A DNA stretch of 64,000 nt from a virus (Duplodnaviria > Caudoviricetes): IMG/VR virus record IMGVR_UViG_3300033067_001837, positions 46,583 through 110,582 of that record, one strand, 5' to 3'. Under the pieces are notes generated by a model. The model did not search any database and was not told the origin of the DNA. It saw only the letters and a list, made by a program, of their open reading frames with translations. This document shows positions 29,457 to 37,116 of this stretch, in pieces. Position 1 is the first letter of the stretch, and each line of letters begins with the position of its first letter. The position numbers were made by a program, and so were the translations under genes.

Positions 29457-29665
29457 ATTGTTTTTTTCTGTGCTTCCTGGATAATCGTGAATAGCGTTTG
29501 CACGTTGGAAGCGTTTGGATTAGGAACTTTATTCATCAACTCCGTAATCACCGCGTTCACCGATTCTTGTTGGGCATCGGTAGCCCAGACATGACGCTGG
29601 TGAATTTTCAGAGAGTTGTGTTCGGAAACCGCCACAGTAACGATAAACAGCAGTTCGTCGTTCAT
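29447..29665 (-). CDS. Hypothetical protein
   Basis: 72 aa coupled to the GroES stop; its own stop lies inside the tRNA. Confidence 0.5.
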   Translation of the reverse strand: MNDELLFIVTVAVSEHNSLKIHQRHVWATDAQQESVNAVITELMNKVPNPNASNVQTLFTIIQEAQKKTIAE

Positions 29666-30024
29666 CAGATGTAAATCCGCACGACATTGGGATTATCTAC
29701 CCGTGCCAAAACCTCATCGTCGTTCAATAGGCGATAGGCGATATAACCGCCCGATCCGTCTTTCACTTCCATCTTCTGACCGGCATAGCGTCCGTGGGCG
29801 ACATAATCCCCCACCTGGCACCAGCGGCGCTGATTGAATTTGGGATGCTGATAACAATCGTCGCCCATGGCCACGACTTTACCGACATACGTTAAATGTC
29901 CTTGCGCCTCTTGCGTTTCGGTCGCCAGGATAATGCCGCCCTTGGATTTCTCTTCGGCGCGCAGGGGTTCAATCAGCAGGCGATAGCCCACCGGCTCAAT
30001 CGGAAGATTGGATTCTGAGTTCAT
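29665..30024 (-). CDS. groES: GroES-like co-chaperonin
   Basis: PVGYRLLIEP..AEEKSKGGIIL...GKVVAMG...VGDYV..GRYAG...RLLNDDEVLA. Confidence 0.9.
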   Translation of the reverse strand: MNSESNLPIEPVGYRLLIEPLRAEEKSKGGIILATETQEAQGHLTYVGKVVAMGDDCYQHPKFNQRRWCQVGDYVAHGRYAGQKMEVKDGSGGYIAYRLLNDDEVLARVDNPNVVRIYI

Positions 30025-30194
30025 AGGTCTCGCCGCTGTGAAGCGGTAATAAAAAATAGGGCATAAAAAAACCTGCTTTTCTCAGGTTTTTTCCATTCGT
30101 CACCACTTGTGACAAAAATAATTTGTTTTGTCAATACCTTTGTTCATCTTTTTCTCCACGAGAGACTCCGGCATGTTAACTTGGTACGCTAGTT

Positions 30195-30243
30195 GGTTAA
30201 TCCAGCTTGGCAAGCCCCGTACTTTAGGGCGGGGTTATTAACC
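30195..30243 (-). mobile_element. Remnant resembling an IS200/IS605 (IscB/HEARO-type) element end
   Basis: GGTTAAT-AACCCCGCCCTAAAGTACGGGGCTTG-CCAAGCTGG-ATTAACC; no nuclease or transposase ORF follows. Confidence 0.5.
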
Positions 30244-30423
30244 TTCCATCACAAATTGCTGAATCGTGTCGTTTAACTTATCCAGCGCGTAAACTAATCC
30301 TTTACGAAAACCAATGCGGAACTTGTAGTCGTCAAAGGTACTGCAACTTCCGCTGGCAATCGATTCTGCTTGTTCCTGGATCAGTTCGCGCAAGGTCGTT
30401 TGGTAGGACTCGATAAAATCCAT
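30238..30423 (-). CDS. Conserved small protein upstream of GroES
   Basis: G.C.TFDDYK..IG...GL pattern. Confidence 0.65.
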   Translation of the reverse strand: MDFIESYQTTLRELIQEQAESIASGSCSTFDDYKFRIGFRKGLVYALDKLNDTIQQFVMEG

Positions 30424-30596
30424 TATCCCTCCCGTTTCTTGGTAGGCTTACGAACTAGCCTCTCGCTATCTACTTTAGGAAGCGATGGTTTACGAATCGG
30501 CCTTTCACCATCAATCATCATCGATAATGGCTTGGTTCTACGCTTCATCGGACGAGGTCCATCGGGAAGGTCGGCGATTTTGCGGGGGATCATCAT
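30423..30596 (-). CDS. Small basic protein (57 aa)
   Basis: MMIPRKIADLPDGPRPMKRRTKPL...RKPTKKREG; coupled to both neighbours; below track cutoff. Confidence 0.5.
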   Translation of the reverse strand: MMIPRKIADLPDGPRPMKRRTKPLSMMIDGERPIRKPSLPKVDSERLVRKPTKKREG

Positions 30597-30784
30597 CACC
30601 GCTTTCTCTTTGGGTTCAGTACATCCTTGGGCTTGGTCGGAGACGGCATTGCTGTACCGACCTTTGCACCTTCTACCATATCCGCCGCCCCGGCTTTTCG
30701 CGACCGGGTTTTCATGGCGCTTTCGGTGGCCTTGGGTGGAGAGGGGGATTTAATGAAATTAGGCATCTTGTCACGAGTCATCAT
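30596..30784 (-). CDS. Small basic protein
   Basis: 62 aa Lys/Pro-rich with GGAG RBS. Confidence 0.5.
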   Translation of the reverse strand: MMTRDKMPNFIKSPSPPKATESAMKTRSRKAGAADMVEGAKVGTAMPSPTKPKDVLNPKRKR

Positions 30785-30977
30785 GGGCTACTCCATAAAT
30801 ATAAAACGGGTAGTTGTTTTCTACAAACTGACTGGATTTACACATGCGATAAGCATGGAACCCCATCAGCGGGTGTTGTTGATATTCAATATAGCGCTGA
30901 CAGTCTGCTTGTTTCAGACAACCTTTCAACGCCATACACCCAGATAGAGGGCGTCCATCGTGGGTGCCATCCATCAA
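30771..30977 (-). CDS. Small Cys-containing hypothetical protein
   Basis: C....C.....C.RY pattern; ATGA coupling. Confidence 0.5.
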   Translation of the reverse strand: MMDGTHDGRPLSGCMALKGCLKQADCQRYIEYQQHPLMGFHAYRMCKSSQFVENNYPFYIYGVAHDDS

Positions 30978-31357
30978 GGGTTAACGCCCATTGGCGTCAC
31001 CGCTTCCCAATGCGGTGCAGACAATGGATCGTCCGTAATCACTGCCTCTGCTTCCGCTTCACGATAGGAACGCAGCGCATTGGCTAAAACCAACAGGGTG
31101 GCGTTGTTCACCAGTGCTTGTGAAGGATGATCGTCATCTTCAGGGAATAACGACCATTCGACTTCGCTTGCCGCTTCCCAGACATCGAGTAGTCGCCCAT
31201 CGGCATTCAAAACGCACGCTTCGGCGTCAATCTCGTCGAACGTCTGAGCCACCGCCTCTCCTAATTCAATCAAAGGATGAACGGGAACCTCCATCAAACA
31301 CTGAGTCACTGCGTTTTCAACAGCGGTCAAAAAGCTTTCTTTCAATTCGCGGTTCAT
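30974..31357 (-). CDS. Hypothetical acidic protein
   Basis: Start MNRELK after GGAGG RBS; own promoter upstream. Confidence 0.55.
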   Translation of the reverse strand: MNRELKESFLTAVENAVTQCLMEVPVHPLIELGEAVAQTFDEIDAEACVLNADGRLLDVWEAASEVEWSLFPEDDDHPSQALVNNATLLVLANALRSYREAEAEAVITDDPLSAPHWEAVTPMGVNP

Positions 31358-31394
31358 CAATTCCTCCGAGAGAAACCTGTGGCTTGAGGATAAG

Positions 31395-31424
31395 ATTATA
31401 TACTCTACCAATGTGGTTAGTCAA
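31395..31424 (-). promoter_or_regulatory. Sigma70 promoter overlapped by 19-bp operator
   Basis: TTGACT-18-TATAAT; operator CTACCAA-TGTGG-TTAGTCA at 31405-31423. Confidence 0.65.
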
Positions 31425-31486
31425 TTTCAAGTTAAAACATGGGTCAACAAAAACCCCGCAAGCGGGGGTCATTGGGAAACTAAAAT

Positions 31487-32122
31487 TTAACCAAATCCTT
31501 CTGGAAAATATCGTGGTAAAGAACCTGCGGCAGGAGGCGCAAACCATTCACCTCGTACCAGATAAGTTGCTGCATCAGTATGTAATGCATGTTCATCACA
31601 AAAATGATTATGTGCTTTACGGTAAGCAACCAGTTCCAATTCCGAACTATTACCTACTTGCAATTCGCGTAATCTATATTCGGGATTGCGAGAAATTCCT
31701 AACTTGATATTTCCTGTCGCCTTCTCGCGGATTGCGTACACATACATATCTGGAAAGTCGTCTGGAATCTCAAAACTACGCAGTGCATTAATAATTACTG
31801 TTGCATCCTGAATTGAGTCAATCATTTCTACGAGCATATCAACGCCACCTAACCAAGCAGAAAATGCTATAGCAAGTTTTGGATGCATCCATGTCGATCC
31901 TTTAATTCAGCCTCTTGTGGTTGTGCAGTACGATGATATGTTCTCGTGTTTACGCTTTAGAACCTCGATGTATTTCTGTGTACTAGCTAATACCAACCAA
32001 TCTACAGGACGCTTACCAAAATGCGCCGCAGCCTTGGTGGCGTTAAGCCAACCCTCTTCGTTGAATTCGCAAACCAAATCATTGTGATCCATGGAAATTA
32101 TAGTAGACTGGGCGCTGCTCAT
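31487..32122 (-). pseudogene. KilA-N plus T5orf172/GIY-YIG-like gene interrupted by one in-frame TGA
   Basis: Track ORFs 31907..32122 and 31487..31888 are in the same frame: ...TTTRG*IKGSTWMHPKLAIAFSAWL. C-terminal YVYAI...IKLGIS.NP..RL..LQ.GN...E..LH...GEWF. Confidence 0.8.
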
Positions 32123-32220
32123 AATCGACTCCTGTGTTGTCGGTTATCGGGAAGTCTGCCCGGTTGCATGAACAGTCGGGCAGGCGACATTATTCTATCA
32201 AAATTTAAGACTTAACGCTA

Positions 32221-35200
32221 TCAGCGCACTGGGCAAAATCCGCCCGAACATTCTTGGGATTCGATTTCAAGCAGGGACTCGGTATGGTTCAGATTCACCG
32301 GGAGCAAGGTCTGAACGTAAGCGTCATACGTCTCCTGGGTTACTACCTCTTGGGGCAGATAGGGGTATCCGAGGTCAGCAGCGGTTTTCGTGGGGTCATT
32401 GCGCAGAAGGAAGGCGGTCGCGACGTAACTGTCCCAATGTGTGTCCAACCAGTCAATAATGGCGGGTATCTCAGTCGGGTCGTAGGAAACCGTGATACTA
32501 ACGTTCTGGTCAACGTAGTTTCCCATCAGCATCCGATAGCGTTCCAACTGCACTATTGCAGTCTCTCGATTAACAAATCGACCATCTACTTCCTCAAAAT
32601 CCACATTATCCCAACACACGGGCAAACGAACAATCGTTCCTGTTGGGTCGTATGGATTTTCAAAAGTATGATAATTAGAAGCCTGTAAGGTCTTCACTAA
32701 CGGATCATGTTTTGAAAAATTGATATTGTTAAAAATATACTTACCTAGCGGCTTATGAACACCCTCAGTACAATCCATAATCTTTGACAGTGAATTATGG
32801 CTTTTCACTGATCCTGAGTAATACCAATGGGTATTTTCAACTTCTACGTCATACGTTCTCGTTGGTTCTAGGTATTCAATACTCGTAATCTTTCCTGTAA
32901 TTGCTTTTTGTGTTTTCATATTAAATCGACTGTCTTCAGGCAAAGCAGTCATTTTTAAAGAATGTTTTCGGAAAATCTCAAACGATTCTGGTAAAACAGA
33001 AGCGCCAAGCGATAACAACCACATGGATTTATACTTCTGGCAGTTTTTCCCACCAGTATTATGGGATCGACTAAATCCCAAACCAACCGCCCAAGCAACA
33101 TCCTGAAAATGCTGTGCGAACGCAGCATCTGCTGTAGTGTAAGAGATAGAAACAAAATCATCATTTTTATGTTGACTGGCGCAACCATCCGCGTCAAACA
33201 GCCCTGCAATAAATGCAATAATCACTTCGGTTGAGGCTTGGCGGACTTTTGCGGGAATATGAGCTAGACCATCAAAATACCCATATTTAAAGAATCCATT
33301 AGCGTCCAACCAATACCATAACTTAGTTGAAGAAATATCGCATATCCAAGCGCATCTTCCTCCGCTTACTGGCAAAACACTCCCAGAAACTCCAAATAAT
33401 GACTGTGATAATTCAGCAACTCTATCAATATGCGCTTTATAAGCAGACATAAACCGAGTGCGCTTACCACTTTCCGACTGCGCTCCATTACCCCACAAAT
33501 AGCCTAACCACCATGCCAGGTCGGTATTCATGTGCGTCGGTGGATTCAATTCGTAAGCGTCAGAACGAATACTACGAGTTCGCGACCTTTCCATAGGAAC
33601 GATATTTTCTGATCTATAAACACCAAGTTCTACATCAAGAATATCGTCAACACATAACCCATCCGCCCTAACCCAACGGTCTTCGCTGACTACCATCTTC
33701 TTGTATTTGTCTTTAGGAACTTGTCGCCCAATTACTTTCCATAAATGCTCTGTGGTACTTTCTACGGACATCCCGTAAACCATATTAATCTTAATAACCG
33801 GAGCAACTCCATTATCGTAAGTCTTCGTGATGCGCTGACTTCCTTCTTTCTGAATAACCTTAACGTCTTTTTGAAAATACGCCCAATCACCTTCCAAGTG
33901 GTCAGTAAATAATTCATCCATAGACAGAATACCCTGATCGGTCGTAACCAGCGCATACCAAGGACGGCAACCACTAGGCTTAATTACTGAAACACGCTTA
34001 CTGTATGGTAGGTCGAGTTCCTCTGCCATCCCATCTGTTCCTTCCCGAACGAATAAATACAACTCTTTCATTTTTTCAGGGTTATCTTGATATTCCCATT
34101 GAACATATCCTGTTAAACCAACACCGCATAAATGCAGGTATTGATTAAGTTCATGCCAAGTCTTCTGCAATACACCATCGCATAGATTAACGGTGGTCTG
34201 ACGATAATTAGCGCGAGCAATATATCTTGCGGTTTCGCACAACTGTTCAAACCGACCGTTAAATTTAGCTAAATTAATTTCTGTTAAATTACATAAAGAC
34301 TTATCTCCAAGTATCGCCTCTCCGCATTGGCCGGTTACAATCCCGTTAAATGTTCCCCGGTGAGCGAGAGGTTCAGTAAAGCAAAAAGTCTCTTCCTCTT
34401 CGCAGGGAATGACAGCCACCACAGTCACAAAACGACAGGCGTTCTGTCGGGGAAGACCCTGTGAGTATGCATCGGTACGATAATCTTCACCGCCTGTTAC
34501 GACAGGCATAGCGTACTTTGTTAGTCGATCTCCAACGCGCAAGTCTTTTGCTTCAACGCGGCGTTCAACGCCCACATGAGTAGATGTACCATCGAGGATT
34601 AGCCATTTATGATTAGGTGTGCAGTTCAGGCTAGAACCGTCACTCAGTTCAACGCGCAATATTGGATTTACGCCGGTACTAAATGGAGTCACAAATGACC
34701 AATTTTCGCCGTTCCAAACTTTAATCTCTTCCCCGATAGTGTCCTGTATAGGACGGTATCCATCGCTTGTTAATATCTGTGTTTCTCCGGTCACGCAAGG
34801 GTTCAATACTGCAAAATCTGGTGCTCTGCGTACCGCTTCTTGACCGTTAATGATTCCGGGTTCGCTGCCGCCACTATTAACCATCAACTGAAACACCTCG
34901 CGCAACCGTTCTTTCGATGGCTTGGTATAGAACACTAGAGAGTTGTTTGATTGTGCGCGTTGCGGGTTATCGGAAAAATGATTCTGCTTTGCGGTTGCGA
35001 ACTCCCGCCATTGCGGGTGATTGGCTGACAGCATCGCCAACTCAGCGCTGCGTCGGCTGGATAAAATAGAACCAATCCAATTTGCAATATCCAAAATATC
35101 AATCGCAGTCAAAAGTTTCCCCGCAGAGTGATTCATAATTTTAGTAATACCTTCCAACGCTCGCGACAACTGTTCATCACCACTACTGATCCATCCGTAG

Positions 35201-35835
35201 CCGCGCAACCTGGCTCCCGCAGGGCGAATCTGGCTCAGGTCGATAATAAGATGGTTTGCTGGATACTTTCCTGCAATTAGCTTACCAATTGCTTTAGCCC
35301 AAGCTTTTGCTGAGTCACCAACTTGAATGATCCATGTTTTTGATTCATGCAACCATGTTTCGGTGTTATTTTCAGCACCACCTTTAATGGTTCTCGTAGA
35401 GCGAATAATCTCTATACTGTCAATCGGCTTGCAAAATCCATTTAACACTCCGACAACTGGCATAAATCCAACGCCCGCACCTTGTAGGAGTTGCCAGGTT
35501 AAATCAACAATATCAAAAACCGTCTTAATTAATAGTCCACAGCAATTGAAATTACTTCCTTCTCTTGTTCTTGAAATCTCAGTACCACCTAACCATAGTG
35601 TTCTTCCGGCAACGCTACCTTCTCGTTTTAACAAGATACTCTGCAACTGCGCTAATTCGTTTTCCTCCTGCTGCGTCAAATCCTTCCTCTTCGCTCTCTC
35701 CCAGAGCCATCGTTGATGTCGTATCACTCGAGCGACGGTTTGCTCCCAGGTTTCAAAGATGGTTCCTTCTTCATTGAGCGGGCGATTGTAAGTACGACGG
35801 GTAACGATTTCAGCACGGAGGGATGGTGTGGACAT
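32221..35835 (-). CDS. nrdJ: Class II (adenosylcobalamin-dependent) ribonucleotide reductase with two inteins
   Basis: RRTYNRP, AGRTLWLGG, FNC, RRSAE, QSNNS, NP|CGE, CNLTE, KPSG|SLS and C-terminal C.GG.CP.R redox pair. Confidence 0.92.
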   Translation of the reverse strand: MSTPSLRAEIVTRRTYNRPLNEEGTIFETWEQTVARVIRHQRWLWERAKRKDLTQQEENELAQLQSILLKREGSVAGRTLWLGGTEISRTREGSNFNCCGLLIKTVFDIVDLTWQLLQGAGVGFMPVVGVLNGFCKPIDSIEIIRSTRTIKGGAENNTETWLHESKTWIIQVGDSAKAWAKAIGKLIAGKYPANHLIIDLSQIRPAGARLRGYGWISSGDEQLSRALEGITKIMNHSAGKLLTAIDILDIANWIGSILSSRRSAELAMLSANHPQWREFATAKQNHFSDNPQRAQSNNSLVFYTKPSKERLREVFQLMVNSGGSEPGIINGQEAVRRAPDFAVLNPCVTGETQILTSDGYRPIQDTIGEEIKVWNGENWSFVTPFSTGVNPILRVELSDGSSLNCTPNHKWLILDGTSTHVGVERRVEAKDLRVGDRLTKYAMPVVTGGEDYRTDAYSQGLPRQNACRFVTVVAVIPCEEEETFCFTEPLAHRGTFNGIVTGQCGEAILGDKSLCNLTEINLAKFNGRFEQLCETARYIARANYRQTTVNLCDGVLQKTWHELNQYLHLCGVGLTGYVQWEYQDNPEKMKELYLFVREGTDGMAEELDLPYSKRVSVIKPSGCRPWYALVTTDQGILSMDELFTDHLEGDWAYFQKDVKVIQKEGSQRITKTYDNGVAPVIKINMVYGMSVESTTEHLWKVIGRQVPKDKYKKMVVSEDRWVRADGLCVDDILDVELGVYRSENIVPMERSRTRSIRSDAYELNPPTHMNTDLAWWLGYLWGNGAQSESGKRTRFMSAYKAHIDRVAELSQSLFGVSGSVLPVSGGRCAWICDISSTKLWYWLDANGFFKYGYFDGLAHIPAKVRQASTEVIIAFIAGLFDADGCASQHKNDDFVSISYTTADAAFAQHFQDVAWAVGLGFSRSHNTGGKNCQKYKSMWLLSLGASVLPESFEIFRKHSLKMTALPEDSRFNMKTQKAITGKITSIEYLEPTRTYDVEVENTHWYYSGSVKSHNSLSKIMDCTEGVHKPLGKYIFNNINFSKHDPLVKTLQASNYHTFENPYDPTGTIVRLPVCWDNVDFEEVDGRFVNRETAIVQLERYRMLMGNYVDQNVSITVSYDPTEIPAIIDWLDTHWDSYVATAFLLRNDPTKTAADLGYPYLPQEVVTQETYDAYVQTLLPVNLNHTESLLEIESQECSGGFCPVR
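32794..33969 (-). mobile_element. Intein 2 in NrdJ (392 aa) with LAGLIDADG endonuclease
   Basis: KPSG|CRPW...SVKSHN|S; WLGYLWGNG and FIAGLFDADG motifs. Confidence 0.9.
34327..34797 (-). mobile_element. Mini-intein 1 in NrdJ (157 aa) ending in Gly-Gln
   Basis: NP|CVTGET...CTPNHKW...TFNGIVTGQ|CGE; no endonuclease. Confidence 0.9.
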
Positions 35836-35865
35836 GGCGTATTTTGGGGTGTTGATCGGACGATC

Positions 35866-35894
35866 ATTGTACTACCAACGTGGTTGGTAGAAAA
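35866..35894 (-). promoter_or_regulatory. nrdJ promoter with 19-bp operator in the spacer
   Basis: -10 TACAAT; operator CTACCAA-CGTGG-TTGGTAG at 35872-35890. Confidence 0.7.
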
Positions 35895-36176
35895 CCCCGC
35901 AGAGCGGGGTCTGGTGCTATTTCAGCACGGCTTCGGCTTAGGCTTACCTTTCTTCATGGAGATTCTCCAGTGGGATTAAAAAACCCAGCTTTCGCTGGGG
36001 ACGGGTATTATTATAGCGGTTGACCTATGCGAGCCAGGGAGACACAGATACGATCCAAAACATCATGCAGTGGACACCTTGTGTAGCGTGAACGTCCATC
36101 TCCTAGAGCAACAATTCGGGAGGGGTGATACCGAGCGCCAGGATTCGCTGGAAAATGTGGCTGTATTTTACGGCAG

Positions 36177-36779
36177 TCATTCCATAACCCCCACAAAAAC
36201 AACATTATCTGGAATTGTTATGGTTATTGTTTTTGCTACCAATATCCCTGTGCTCCTATTAAAAACACGCATATAACGTATTAGCTGGCTTAACGCACTT
36301 TTATCTGCTTTAGTACGTTTAGCCTCAACAGGACATATATCACCGGACGGTAGTTTTATCCACGCATCCGGTATATGGTTACGGAGTGTTGGCCCTTCTG
36401 TGATTGAAGCGCCCGGAATATAGGTTGAAATATTTTTCTTGAACTTATCTACAATCGCATATTCAGAATAGTCGCGTGATTCCGTTTGCAACTGTCGCGC
36501 TACTGCCGCACGATAAGCATGAGAAAAAATCGCGCAATCTGGTTGATTGTGTCCAAACTTACCAACAAACTGAATCCAATCAAAAAAATCTATATCCCCT
36601 CCCAATAGATTATAGCAAAACAAAGCCTCCATGCATGTAAATAGTTCTTTAGAAAAGAAATCATCTTCTTTTCCAAAAGCTACAGCAATATCTGTAGCAA
36701 AAAACATTGGCTCGTTATCAACAACGATAACGCGAATAGGCGAGGATTCAAACATGAAGGGAACAACTTGAGTCGTCAT
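36177..36779 (-). CDS. Bro-N-like N-terminus fused to a PD-(D/E)xK (NucS-like) nuclease domain
   Basis: PFMFES..IRVIVVDNEPMFFATDIA; HIPDAWI...PVEAK...ALSQL.RYM...GILVA. Confidence 0.7.
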   Translation of the reverse strand: MTTQVVPFMFESSPIRVIVVDNEPMFFATDIAVAFGKEDDFFSKELFTCMEALFCYNLLGGDIDFFDWIQFVGKFGHNQPDCAIFSHAYRAAVARQLQTESRDYSEYAIVDKFKKNISTYIPGASITEGPTLRNHIPDAWIKLPSGDICPVEAKRTKADKSALSQLIRYMRVFNRSTGILVAKTITITIPDNVVFVGVME

Positions 36780-36821
36780 AACAACACCTATGGTTTAAGG
36801 AGTTCCGCCATTTGCGCTGGC

Positions 36822-36883
36822 GGGGTAGGCGCTCCTAACGACCATAGATCGTCCCGGCCCTTACGGGTACCGGACGCCTCCCC
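36822..36883 (-). ncRNA. c4-type antisense RNA
   Basis: Closing stem GGGGAGGCG/CGCCTACCCC with internal CCCGTAAGGG hairpin. CTATGGT and TAGGAG segments are complementary to targets at 36934-36948 and 36787-36802. Confidence 0.75.
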
Positions 36884-37006
36884 ATTGAGGGCAAGGCTAT
36901 AGACACAAAAACCGCCTAACAGGGCGGGGACTGCTATGGTGCTAGGAGATTTCTTTATACGCTAAAATCACAAAGAAATCAACAGCCGAAATAAAACCTG
37001 TCAGCG

Positions 37007-37036
37007 TATTCTACCAACGTGGTTGGTACTTTTCAA
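37007..37036 (-). promoter_or_regulatory. Sigma70 promoter overlapped by 19-bp operator
   Basis: TTGAAA-17-TAGAAT; operator CTACCAA-CGTGG-TTGGTAC at 37011-37029. Confidence 0.7.
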
Positions 37037-37116
37037 GTATCAAAATCACACTATAACAAAAAAGGCTAGTACGAATTTCGTCCAAGCCTTTAAAATCAAC
37101 AACATACAAACAAAAC

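Noticed and set aside
31907-31909. Genome-wide TGA recoding or selenocysteine
   Set aside because: TGA is the normal stop of well-defined genes (major capsid, nrdJ, groES, endolysin). The interrupted position is not a catalytic Cys site.
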